The translations under genes were made by a program, and so were the position numbers. Below, one piece after another: positions 25,785 to 36,367 of a stretch of 42,586 bases of DNA (the first letter of the stretch is position 1; every line of letters starts with the position of its first letter). Source of the DNA: Callorhinchus milii (lineage: Eukaryota); assembly GCF_018977255.1 (NCBI RefSeq), contig NW_024705461.1, positions 1 through 42,586 on the forward strand, in the 5' to 3' direction. The notes under the pieces were generated by a model, which ran no database searches, was not told the DNA's origin, and saw only the letters and a list, made by a program, of their open reading frames with translations.

Positions 25785-26290
25785 GAGTATGTCTATGTGT
25801 TTGTGTGTGTTTCTGTGCGTGTCTGTCTGTGTGAGTGTGTATGTCTGTATGAATGTCTGTGTGTGTGTGAATGTCTGCATATGTGTTTGTGTTTGTGAGT
25901 TCTGTCTCTATTTATGTGTCTGTATGTGACTCAGTTTGTGTGTGTGATTGTCTCTGTTTGAGTGTCTATGTGTCTATGTGTCTGTGTGTCTATGTGTGTT
26001 TGTGTGTGTGTGTGCCTCTTGTGTGAGTCTCTGTGTGTGTTTGTCTTGTGTCACTGTGTGTGTGTGTGTATGTCTGTGTGTGTGTCTGTGTGTGTGTCTG
26101 TCTCTTGTGTGAGTGTCTCTGTGCACTTGTGTGTCTGTATGTGTGTGTGTCTGTATGTGTCTGTGTATATATCTGTGTGTGTATATTTAATGTGCGTGCG
26201 TCTGCCTGTATGTGTGTGTCTATGTGTGAGTGCAGGCGTGTGTGTGATTCTGAGCAAGTGTGTGAGTGAGTCTGTAACCTCCTGTGTTGT
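25785..26290. repeat. Degenerate (TG)n tract
   Basis: TG-rich tract running up to the exon acceptor. Confidence 0.9.
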
Positions 26291-26297
26291 GTCACAG

Positions 26298-26443
26298 AGC
26301 AGGAAGAGGAGGAGAGGCAGAGCTGGGGTGTGGGGGCGAGTGTACATGGCTCCCTGAGTGTGAGTTCACATCCCCCACATGCACCTTGGGCAACAAGCAC
26401 CAGCCCCCAACAGGGGTTCACCTCCCTGAGGCACATGCGGCAG
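26298..26443 (+). CDS. FLCN: Folliculin exon (human exon 9 equivalent), 146 nt, (E)QEEEERQSWGVGASVHGSLSVSSHPPHAPWATSTSPQQGFTSLRHMRQ
   Basis: tcacag| acceptor, CAG|gttagt donor, phase 1-0; acidic start and conserved FxSLRHMRQ end. Confidence 0.92.
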
Positions 26444-26994
26444 GTTAGTGAACACTCACTCACACATTTGCTCACTCTGCCTCACCCTCACAAGTCCACG
26501 TCTCACACACTCGCTCGCCCACGTACTCATTCTGCCTCAGCCCTCGTTTGCTTCACACATCTCGCACACTTGCTCACACACTCTCACTATCTCAACCTCA
26601 TGCTCGCTCCACACGTCTTGCACATTCACCTGCACATTACTCGCTCTCTGACCTCACTTGCTCCCATGCATCTCAAAATTGCTGTGAGCGTGCTTCACAC
26701 TTTCTCTGTCTTGAACACTTGCTTGCACTTCCTCACACACTCGCTTTATCTATCCCACCCTCACACTCGCTCTGCATGATTCTCACTCGCTGTGAGTGTG
26801 CCTCAGACTGGACATGTGTCTCAGTGCGTACGTCTCTCACTCTGCATGTGTCTCGCTAGCTGTGAGTGTGTCTCAGGCTAATGTTGGTGCATGTGTAAGG
26901 TGCTGTGTCTGACATTGACTCTGTGTGTGTGTAAGATGCTGGGCTGTGAGTATATTGTGTATATGTATAAGGTCCCCTGTGCTTGTGTGTGTTT

Positions 26995-27860
26995 TCAACA
27001 ACAACAAGATTCCATTTATAGAGCGCCTTTCACGTCGGGAGGACGTCCCAAGGCGCTGTACAGTTGGGTCAGGACGACGAGCAGGGGGGAAATGGTCAGG
27101 GTGAGGGGAGGGAAGGGAGGGGGCGAGGAGGGGGGAAATGGTCAGGGTGAGGGGAGGGAAGGGAGGGGCCGAGGAGGGGGTAGAGAGTCGAGAGGGGAGC
27201 TGAAGGTCAAAGAGAAAGGTCTTGAGACCGGCCTTGAAGGAGGAAAGGGAGGAAGCGGCGAAGGCACTGGGGATAGAGTTGCAGAGCCTCGGGGCTGAGA
27301 GGCTGAAGGCCACCGATGGTAGGGCGGTTGGGGCGGGGGATGTGGAGCAGACCGGAGCCAGAGGAACGGAGGGTACTGGCAGGTAGGTAGGGGGATAGTA
27401 GGTCGGAGCAGTAGGAGGGAGCGAGGCCATGAATGGCCTTGTAGGTGAGGATGAGGATCTTGAAATCGATCCTCTAAGGGATGGGGAGCCAGTGGAGGGG
27501 AGCGAGGGCGAGGGTGAGGGCGAGGGTGAGGGTGGGAGTGATGTGGTCACTGGTGTGGGACAGTACACGAGCGGCAGAGTTCTGAATGACCTGCAGTGTG
27601 GAGGGAGGGCCGGGAAGGCCGGCGAGGAGAGAGTTCCCATAGTACAGCCTTGAGGTGATAAAGGCGTGGACCAGAGTTTCAGCAGCGTGAGGGGTGAGGT
27701 AGTACGATATTCCGGAGGTGATGGAAGGCGGTGCCAGTTGTGGCGCGGATATGAGGGAGAAAGGACAGCTCAGGGTCGAACAGAACGCCGAGGTTCCTGA
27801 CCGGCTTTGAGAGGTGGAGAGTGCAGCCTTGGATGCTGATGCTGTCAGCGCCTGAGGTGC
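26995..27860 (-). mobile_element. L2 LINE 3' fragment, antisense, same subfamily as 21470..22296
   Basis: (AAC)n tail at about 26996-27007; minus-strand AETLVHAFITSRLYYGNSLLAGLP and LHWLPIP. Confidence 0.9.
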
Positions 27861-27928
27861 TGTGTGTGTGTTACACTGTGTGTGAGACGTGTGTAAGGTA
27901 TTAAGTGTGTATGTAACTCTCATACTAG

Positions 27929-28042
27929 GTGCTGGGTGTGAGCCAGTTCCGAGTTCTGGCCTGGAATGTGCTGATGGGAAACCAAGTGATCTGGAGAGGA
28001 GACAACATGGCCATCGTACACACTGGCATCCGTGTGCTCTCA
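27929..28042 (+). CDS. FLCN: Folliculin exon (human exon 10 equivalent), 114 nt, VLGVSQFRVLAWNVLMGNQVIWRGDNMAIVHTGIRVLS
   Basis: actag| acceptor, |gtgagt donor, phase 0-0; LAWxVLMGNQVIW motif. Not shown in the ORF track in this frame. Confidence 0.95.
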
Positions 28043-28164
28043 GTGAGTCTCACACTCACACACACACTTACACACGCACACATTTACACTTATACACTCA
28101 CATAGCATCATCCACACCGGCATCAACTCAACAACTTGCATTCACACCGCACGCTCACACACTC

Positions 28165-29673
28165 AGCATCCCAGAGCGCCTGACGGTGGTGGAGCACGAC
28201 GCTGAGCCCAGGGGAGGGGGAGGGGGGTGGCCAGGTGCCTAACAGTCAAAGAGGAAGGTCCACAGATTCGACCTGAAGATGGGGAAGGAAGGGACAAAAC
28301 GGAGAGTTACAGGGAGAGGGTTCCAGAGTTTTGGAGCATATTGGCTGCTAATGGTGCAACAGAGGGCACCAGGGACGTCCAGCAGCTGGAGTCAGTGGAG
28401 TGGAGGCAGCGGGTAGTGGGTTGGGGGGGGGTGAGCATGTGGGAGAGGTAGGAGGTGCCAGGGCATAAAAACTAGTGTGAGGATCTTGAAATCGATCCGT
28501 TTGGGGATAGGGATCCAATGGAGCCCGGCTAGAGCTGATGTGATGGGGGGATGGAGTTTAGGGCAGTGGGGAGTTTAGTATGTGACGGAGTTTAGTATGT
28601 GGGCAGCGGAGTTTGGGATCAGCTGGATCCTGTACATGGTGGAGCTGGGAGAACGGGAAAGAGGGTATTTGAGAAGTCAAGGTGGGAGGTGATGAACACA
28701 TGGACGAGTGTTTCGGCTGCTTCTGGGGTCAGGTACGGTTAGAGGCGGGCAATGTGGCAGAGGTGGAGGAAGGCGGTCCTGGTCAGGGACTGGATGTGGG
28801 GAAGGAAGGCAGTTGGGAGTCACACCTGACGACTAAGTTACGCACTGACGGTTAAGTTTGAGGGATGGGCCAGGGAGGTTGAGGAGGTCAGAGCCACAAG
28901 ATAGAAGACGTTGGTGGGAGTCAATGTTTATGGCTTCCATCTTGTCAACATTTGAGTTGTAGGAAGTTTTCGCTCATCCAGGCCCTGATGTCTGCCAAAC
29001 AAGCAGAGAGAACATCGGCGGAGCTGGAGTTGCAGCTGGAGGAGGAGTAGTAGATTTGGGTGTTATCCGCATACATGTTGAAGTTTACCCCATGTCTGCG
29101 GATGATATCGCCGAGAGGGAGCAAATAGATGAGGAAGAGGAGGAGGCCAAGGATGGAGCCTTGGGGTACCCTGCAGGTGACTGAGCGGGGCAGAAGACGA
29201 AGCCATTTGAGACAATAAAGTGAAGGCAGTTTGTTAAGTAGGGCTTGAAGCAGACCAGTGCGGTCCCACTGAGGTGGATGAGGGAAGAGAGACGGTGGAG
29301 GAGGATGGCAAGGTCGACTGTTAAACACGGTGGTGAGGTCCAGGAGAATGAGGAGGCAGAGGGAGAGAACATCATTGGTGACCTTGTCAAGCTCTGTCGC
29401 TGTGCGATGGACAGAGCGGAAGGTGGTGGGCTTCATCTGGGAGATGGGGTTGAGAGGGAGGGCGAAGTAATTGGGGCAAAGGAATGGTAGGAAGGGGGTA
29501 GTGGCAGGAGCTGTGGCGGAGAGAAAAGGCGGTGTGGATGGTCTGGGTGGGGTGGGAGGGAATATTCGGGGTTGGGGGCGGAGGGGCAAGGATGATGCAG
29601 CCAAGCAGATATTTTCGATCTTTGACACGAAGAATCCAGGCCTACTTTGACGTTAGAGGTGAGGATGGAAGCA
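28165..29673 (-). mobile_element. Degraded L2-type LINE, antisense, more diverged family
   Basis: Minus-strand [40 protein letters not shown] and CLADIRAWMSENFLQL. Confidence 0.88.
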
Positions 29674-29770
29674 GTGTGCTCTCAGTGAGTCTCACACTCA
29701 CTCACATAGTTACACACGCACACAGCCATCCTCATCGGCATCGGTGTGCTCATGGTGAGACTCACTCACT
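29674..29770 (+). repeat. Two duplicated copies of the exon-10 3' end plus splice donor
   Basis: gtgtgctctca|gtgagtctcacactcac at 29674 is identical to 28032 onward. gccatc...ggcatcggtgtgctcatg|gtgaga at 29725-29760 is a diverged copy. Confidence 0.85.
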
Positions 29771-29881
29771 TCCACACGCACCTACACGCTTACACGTACA
29801 CACTCACACACAAGCATATGCATGTCTCTAACCCTGATCTGGGAGTGTAGAGGGAGCTTTACTCTGTATATCTGTCTCCAG

Positions 29882-30005
29882 ACTATGCTACCCGTTGGGT
29901 GTGTGCGTATAATAGCATACAGTGACTGCTATGAAGAAACTTATCGTTGTAATTTTCTGGGTATTAAATCAACGGTAAAACTCCCAGCTCACATCCTGTC
30001 CTCAG
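29882..30005 (+). CDS. FLCN: Folliculin exon (human exon 11 equivalent), 124 nt, [41 protein letters not shown]
   Basis: ctccag| acceptor, CAG|gtacgt donor, phase 0-1; [11 protein letters not shown] and YRCNFLG motifs. Confidence 0.97.
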
Positions 30006-30279
30006 GTACGTGTCACCCCTAGACATGGGTGAAGCTCTCTCTCTTTGTCCATCTGCCTCTCACCCCTCAATCCATCCCCTGACTTTCCCAAGTCTCTCCA
30101 TCTCCCTTTCACAACTGAATCCATCCATCAGAGGTCTCTCTCCCTCTCTTTCGGTCTTTCTCTGTCTATGTCTCTGTCTCTTTCGGTCTCTGTTTCAGTC
30201 TCTTTCTCTTTCAGTGTCTCACACTCACAGTCCCTCTCTCAGTCTGTCTCATATTCTTTCTTGTATGGCTAGAATGGTT

Positions 30280-32140
30280 CAGATCATACCTCACACACCA
30301 CCTGCACTTCATCTCCACTAAGTTTCTCCTCTAACCCCGCACCGTCTCGTCCTTGGTCCCCTCCTCTTAAATATCTGCACACTCCCTCTTGGTAACATCA
30401 TCCACAGACATGGGGTCAACTTCCACATGTATGTGGATGACACCCAACTCTCTCTCTGCCCCCACCCTTGACTCCAGACCTCATTGCTGTGCTGACAGAA
30501 TGTCTGTCAGACATCAAGTCCTGGATGAGGGGAAACTTTCTTCAGTTGAACGTCAACAAGACCGAGGCTCCTGATTGGCTCTCGTCAGCGCCTCCTCACC
30601 TCAGGCGCTGACAGCATCACCATCCATGGCTGCAAACTGGGGTCTTGTTTCTGATCTATATGCTCCCTCTTGGGGATGTCATCCGCAGACATGGGGTACT
30701 GTGGAGTCCTGTAGCTCAGTGGTTAGAGCACTCGCTTTGTAAGTGAGAGACCTGAGTTCAATTCCAGGCAGAGGGCCAAACCTTGGGCAAGTTTCCTTAC
30801 TCCACACAGAGCCTAATAATAATCCTCCAAAACAAAAACAATAATAAAAAATTGGTCATTTTCAATCTACAACTGTTTGTGGGACATTGCTGTGCGCAAT
30901 TGGCTGCTGCGTTCGCCCACAAATATACAGTCAATTTACTTTACAGTATATTCTGTGAAGCGCTTTGAGACGTTGAGAAGACGTGAAAAGCGCTATATCA
31001 AATGCAAGGATTATTATTATTATTACACTTCCACACGTATGCGGACGATAACCAACTCTATTTTTCCACCTCCACCACCATCCATAAAATCCAGGTCATA
31101 CAAAACTCTGCCGCCCACATTCTCACCCGCACCAATCTCCGCTCCCCGATCCCCCCAGTCCTGGCCAAACTGCACTGGCTCCTGTCCCAGAGAGGATCCA
31201 CTTCAAGATCCTCACCCTTGTCTTCAAATCCCTCCACTCCTCTGCACCCACCCGACCTCTCTGACCTCCTCTCTCCTGAAAACAATACCCGTTGCCTTCA
31301 ATCCTACGGGTCTGACCTCCTCCTCGTCCCCCAAGTCCTCCGCTCCACCCTGCGCGGCTGTGCCTTCAGCCACTGCGCCCCGAGGCTCTGGAATCTCTTC
31401 CTCACTCCCTTCACCTCGCTCCCTCCCTTCCTATTTTCAGGTCTCGGGTGAAGACCTTTCTTTTCAACCGCGCCTTTGGTCACCTCCCCCCTCCGCCCCC
31501 GGTTCAGCACCGGGATCCATTACTGTGAGGCGCTCTGAGACGCCGTCCGGCAATCCAAGTTGTTGTTGTTGTTTGACCCTCAACTATCCTTTCTACCCCA
31601 CATCTGCGCCATGACCCGCTCTGCCCTCCCCACCTCCACAACATCGCCTGGCTCCACCACTGTCTCACACCGCAGCCCCCGAGACCCTCACACATGCCTT
31701 CATTACAACCAGGCTTAACTATGCCAACTCCCTGCTTGTCGGCCTCCCCAACTCTTCCCTCCACAGGCTGCAGATCATCCAGAACTAACTCTGCAGCTCG
31801 TGTCCTCTCCTGCACCAGGCTCCCTGACACCATCACTCCCATCCTCACCCGACTCCACTGGCTCCCCATCACACAGAGGATACAGTTCAAAATCCTGGTC
31901 CTCATGTTCAAAGCCCTCCATGGTCTTGCTCCCCCCGAACTCTGCGACCCCCTACTATCCTGCTCGCTCCCTCCATTCAGCGGGCTATGGCCGGCTTCAC
32001 GTCCCCCGCCTCCTTCCCCCCCTGCCCTCCACCCTCCCTGATTCCGACACCCAGCTCGGGTCCGAAACACTGATAGTCCAGCACCTGGGGACGTCCTCCC
32101 GACATGGCAGGCACTGTACAAATGTAATTTGGTTGTTGTT
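30280..32140 (+). mobile_element. Nested retroelements: outer L2 (about 30280..30650 and 31575..32140) interrupted by an inner L2 (30651..31568)
   Basis: Outer halves rejoin as ctggggtcttgtttgaccctcaac (compare 17683-17708); TTGTTT duplicated at 30645-30650 and 31569-31574; each L2 has its own (ttg)n tail. Confidence 0.85.
30700..31023 (+). mobile_element. tRNA-derived SINE with Deu-like core and L2-type tail, inserted in the inner L2
   Basis: A box tagctcagtgg, B box gagttcaattcc, (ATT)n tail; TAC at 30697-30699 and 31024-31026; same family as 10343..10666. Confidence 0.92.
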
Positions 32141-32364
32141 TCTCTCATATTGTCTCCCCCTCCCCTCTCTCAGTCTCTCTCTGTCTCACTCTCAGTCTCT
32201 CTCTCTCTCTCTCTCTTAGATTCACTCTCAGTCTCTCACAGTGTCTCCCTCTCTCTCTCCCTCGGTCTCTCTCTCTCTCTCCACAGTGTCTCTCTCTCTC
32301 TCTCTCTCTCTCAGTCTTTCTCAGTCTCTCATCCTATCTGAGTCTCTCTCTCTTCTGTTTGTAG

Positions 32365-32474
32365 AGTTCTGTGTGTTAGTTGATGCCAGGCCATCAGACC
32401 GCTCTGGGCTGATCTCAGATTCAGTAAATACCAATTTACGGTGACCAGTGCCACAACAGTTAACACAGACAGAG
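32365..32474 (+). CDS. FLCN: Folliculin exon (human exon 12 equivalent), 110 nt as given with a 1-nt frameshift: (E)[14 protein letters not shown] / [22 protein letters not shown]
   Basis: ttgtag| acceptor, GAG|gtaaac donor. EFCVLV and SKYQFTVTS...DR match human EFAVIV and SKYEFVVTS...DR but lie in different frames. Confidence 0.88.
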
Positions 32475-32479
32475 GTAAA

Positions 32480-32990
32480 CAGCGCAGTCTCTGTCTCATC
32501 ATTCTCTGTCTCTCTCTCTCTGAATCTCTCCCTCTGTCTGTCTTTCTATCTCTCTTTCTCAATCTCGATCTTAATCTCTCTCTCTGTCTCTCTCTCTGTC
32601 TCTTTCTCTCTCTGTCTCTCTCAATCTCTCTCTCTCTCTCTTCGGTCTCAGTCTTCCTCTGTGTTGTCTCTCTCTCTGTCTGTCCTCTCTCTGCATCTCA
32701 GTCTCTCTGTTTCCCTATCTCTCTGTCTATCTCTTTCACTCAGTATCTCTCTCTCTGTGTCTCTCTCTTCAGTCTCTCTCTGGGTGTCTCTCTCTCTGTC
32801 TCTCTCTCTCTCTGTGTCTCTCTCTCAGTCTCTCTCTGTGTATTTCTCTCTCAGTCTGTCTGTCTCTCTCAGTCTCTCTCACTCAGTCTCTCTCACAGTC
32901 TATCTCTCACTCAGTCTCTCTCTCTGTGTCTCTCTCCCTCAGGCTCTCTGTCTCTCTCTCAGTCTCTCTCTCAGTCTCTCTGTCTCTCTC
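32480..32990. repeat. CT-rich tract filling the intron
   Basis: Degenerate (CT)n with many ctcag words. Confidence 0.9.
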
Positions 32991-32994
32991 TCAG

Positions 32995-33097
32995 GACCAA
33001 CTATATTGACGAAGCTCGAGGCTGCTTTACAGAACGAGAGTCTGTCACTGGACGTCGTCAGTCAGTGTCTGATCTGCCTGAAGGAGGAGTGGATGAA
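32995..33097 (+). CDS. FLCN: Folliculin exon (human exon 13 equivalent), 103 nt, (G)[33 protein letters not shown]
   Basis: tctcag| acceptor, AA|gtaagt donor, phase 1-2; GPTIL and QCLxCLKEEWM motifs. Confidence 0.96.
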
Positions 33098-33135
33098 GTA
33101 AGTGCGTGTCAGTATGTGTCTGTGTGTTTGTGTAT

Positions 33136-33405
33136 CAAGTTTCCTTCCTCTGTGTTTACCAGCAGTAAGTAGGAACCCGCTTGTTAGTCAATTGGCATTC
33201 GCTTTCCCGGATAAAAATTTCTTAAAAATAAAAAAATCTGGTCCTTCAATCCATGACTGTGGGGAAGTCGCTGTGTGCAAATGGCTGCCGCGCTTCACCC
33301 ATAAAACACACAGTCACTACACTTTACGGAATAACCTGTGAAGCATTTTGAGACGTCTCAAAGACGTGATAAGGCTCTAAATCCAATGCAGGGATATGAT
33401 TATTG
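33136..33405 (+). mobile_element. 5'-truncated SINE (longer subfamily, Deu-like core and tail)
   Basis: cagcagtaagtaggaacccg, gctgtgtgcaaatggctgccgcg and gtgaagcattttgagacgtc match the SINEs at 35226-35910. Confidence 0.8.
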
Positions 33406-33609
33406 TTTAGTGTGTGAGTGAGAGAATGTGTGAGAGCATGAGGGAGAGAGAGCAATGAGGGAGAGAGAGACTGAGAGAGAGAGAGAATGAGAGAGAGAGT
33501 GCGAGACAAGAGAGTGAAAATGAGAGGGAGAGAACCTCAGTCTTTCTGTTTCTTTCTCTCAGTGTCTCTCTCTCTCTCTCTCTCGCTCTTGTCAGTCACA
33601 CTCTGTCTC

Positions 33610-33710
33610 TGTAGTCAGTCACTACACTTTACTGTGTATATCCCTGTGAAGTGTTTTGAGACGTCTCAACTACATGGTGAGACATTGTATGAAATGCAGG
33701 ATTATTATTT
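33610..33710 (+). mobile_element. SINE 3' tail fragment
   Basis: cagtcactacactttac...gtgaagtgttttgagacgtctcaa...aaatgcaggattatta. Confidence 0.7.
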
Positions 33711-33849
33711 TGTGTGCGTGATGAAGTGAGAAAGTGACAGAGACAGTGAGAGGGAGCGACAGAGAGTGCGAGAGAGACTGTGAGAAACACTGAGTGTGAG
33801 AGAGAGAAAGAGAGAGAGAGACTGAGTGAGACACAGACTGAGAGACTGT

Positions 33850-34418
33850 AAGATTACTCCAACGCACTCCTCGCCGGGCTCCCCAACTCCACCATTCAGC
33901 TCATTCAGACTCTGGCGCCCGCATACTGACACCCACATACCGCCCAAACTCCACGTCCACATCTCACCAGCTCTGGCCCAGGCTTCAGTGGCTCCCCATC
34001 ACCAAACAGATCGACTTCAAGATCCTCACTCTCATGTTCAAATCCCTTCCCTCCCTGGCCCCTCCCTCCCTCACTCCCTCACTCTCCAACCTCCTCACTC
34101 CACAATACACCACCCGGAGCCTCCGCTCGACTTGGACAGGTTCCTGCTCATCCCTCACACCCTCTGCCCCACCATCGGAGGTCGCGATTTCAGCCACTGC
34201 GCCCCCAAACTCTGGAACCCTCTCCCTCAATCCCTCCGCCTTGCCCCCTCTCTCCCCTTTTTCAAGTTCCACCTGAAAACCTTCCTCTTTGACCGTGCTT
34301 ATGGCCACCTCCCCCCACTCTAACACCATCCCACCCAGCTCAGAGTCAGGCTCCGCCACTGTTAAGCTCTGAGACATTGCCCTCGTGGAGGATGATATAT
34401 AAATGCAAGTAGTTGTTG
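33850..34418 (+). mobile_element. L2 LINE 3' fragment
   Basis: LIPHTLCPTIGGRDFSHCAPKLWNPLPQSLRLAPSLPFFKFHLKTFLF; tail atataaatgcaagtagttgttg. Confidence 0.85.
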
Positions 34419-34675
34419 TGAGCGACTGAGACACAGACAGTCAGAGAGAGACTGAGATAAGTACATACACAGCAATATTCATTTTACATAATGTGTTATT
34501 TATGTGTTGATAATGCGAAAGTGTCAACGCCAGCTTATCAATGATCTGATGGTTTGACAATTTTACAGAAAATTTCAGGGATTTCACAAAGTCGCTGGTT
34601 TCACAAGTTTTACTGTAACATAAATACAGTATAATGAGTGCCTTCTGACACTCTTTTTCTCTCTCTGCCCCACAG

Positions 34676-34886
34676 AAAGGTTAAAGTTCTCTTCAAGTTC
34701 AGCAAGGTTGACAGGCGAGGGAAGGAGCACTCGCACACATTACTGGCCGTGTTGGGAGCCACAGACGAGGACAACATCAAACTGCTCAAGTTCTGGATGA
34801 CAGGACTGAGCAAAACCTACAAATCCCACCTCATGTCAACTGTCAGGGGGGCAGCCATCAGCCCAACCCCCCAGCCCAGGAACTAA
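34676..34886 (+). CDS. FLCN: Folliculin last coding exon (human exon 14 equivalent), [69 protein letters not shown]
   Basis: ccacag| acceptor, phase 2; [26 protein letters not shown] at 34884-34886. Confidence 0.97.
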
Positions 34887-35359
34887 AGAGATCATAACCC
34901 TCTCTCTCCCTTCCTCTCTCCCTGTCTCCCCCAACCCCCCACTCACTCTCGCCCTCTCTCTCCCCTGTTCTCTCACCTCTCTCTCTCCCTCTTTTGCCCA
35001 TATCTTTCCCCTTGTCCCCCCCTCTCTCTCACTCTCTCGCGCCCCATCATCACATCCCCAGCATTGATTTACACTCCCAAAAGACAGAAAGACAGAGAGA
35101 AACTGAGAAAATTTCCCATATCCCACCCACACATGGAAATCCCAGAGAGAGATTGTTGGAATGGAATGCTCTCTCTCCCAGTCTCTCTCTCCCAGTCTAT
35201 CTTTCCCTCTTTCTCACTCTCAATTTGTGGAATCCTGTAGCTGAGTGGTTGGAGCACTCACCTCATAAGTGAGAGGACCTGGGTTTGATGCCCGGGCAGG
35301 GAGAAACCTTAGGCAAGTTTCCTAATTCCACACACGCACCTCTGTTTATCTAGCAGTAA

Positions 35360-35698
35360 TAATAATACTTGCATTTTATATAGCACATTATCACTTCTTT
35401 GAGATGTCTCAAAGTGCTTCACAGAATATATTTTAAAGTGAATTAAAGTAAATTGATTTTGTGGGCGAAACACAGCAGCCAATTGTGCATAGTAGTGTCC
35501 CACAAATAGTCGCGGATTGAAGTGAATTATTACCCCCGGAAAAGCGATCCCCAATCGACTAACAGCCGGGTTCCTACTTACTACTAGGTAAACAGAGGTG
35601 TGCGGAGTAAGGAAACTTGCCCAAAGTTTCTCCCTGCTCGGGAATCAAACCCAGGTCCTCTCACTTGTGAGATGAATGCTCTAACCACTGAGCTACAG
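35360..35698 (-). mobile_element. Near-full-length antisense SINE
   Basis: Minus strand reads ctgtagctcagtggttagagc...ggtttgattccc...gtgggacactactatgcacaattggctgctg...aaatgcaagtattatta. Confidence 0.9.
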
Positions 35699-35764
35699 TA
35701 AGAAGGAACCCGATTGGTTAGTCGATTGGCGGATTGCTTTCCGGGATAATAATCCCTTCAGATA

Positions 35765-35770
35765 AATAAA
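35765..35770 (+). promoter_or_regulatory. Candidate polyadenylation signal AATAAA
   Basis: First AATAAA I can find after the FLCN stop (ATTAAA at 35442-35447 is earlier); both lie inside SINEs. Confidence 0.3.
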
Positions 35771-35924
35771 TAATAATAATTTGGTCACTCAATCCACAAC
35801 TGTTTGCACAATTGGTGCACAATTGGCTGCCACTTTTCACATACAAAATGCAGTCAATACACTTTACAGTGTATCAAAGCAAAGCGCTTTGAGACATCCT
35901 GAGATGAAAAAGGTGCAGAGAGAG

Positions 35925-36195
35925 ACACACAGACACGTACACACACAGACACACACTGACACACACACACTGACACACACACACACACTGACACACACAC
36001 ACACTGATACACACACCTGACACAGACCCACACACTGATACACACACACACTGATACACATACTGACACACACACACTGACACACACACACTGACACACA
36101 CACTGATACACACTGACACACACACTGACACACACATACTGACACACATACACACACTGACACACACACACACATACTGACACATACTCAGACGC
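35925..36195. repeat. (CA)nCTGA minisatellite
   Basis: Tandem cacacactga units of variable CA length. Confidence 0.9.
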
Positions 36196-36202
36196 ACAGA
36201 CA

Positions 36203-36360
36203 GCAATAACAAATGACTTTTACACAGTTTGTTTCACATCGGGAGGACATCCGAAGGCGCTGACAGTCCGGGATTTGGACCTGAAAAGGTGGTTGGGATC
36301 AGGAGTGGAAGATAAGAAGGTGACCCTAAGCACAGTCCAAGAGGAGAGGAGGGTCTTTTA
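36203..36360 (-). mobile_element. L2 3' tail fragment, antisense
   Basis: aataacaaatgac...tttcacatcgggaggacatccgaaggcgctgacagt is the reverse complement of the L2 tail. Confidence 0.7.
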
Positions 36361-36367
36361 GGGTTAC

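Larger units (their letters stand above)
35226..35910 (+). mobile_element. SINE (head 35226..35359, body 35702..35910) split by an antisense SINE of the same family
   Basis: The halves rejoin as tagcagtaagaaggaacccg; CAGTAA duplicated at 35354-35359 and 35696-35701. Confidence 0.88.

Noticed and set aside
29975..29995. Equivalent of the human exon-11 C8 mutation hotspot
   Set aside because: The sequence here is ctcccagctcac with no long C run; ordinary divergence.
30700..30775. tRNA gene
   Set aside because: A and B boxes are present but continue into a SINE body and tail; dispersed copies occur at 10666, 35226 and 35698.
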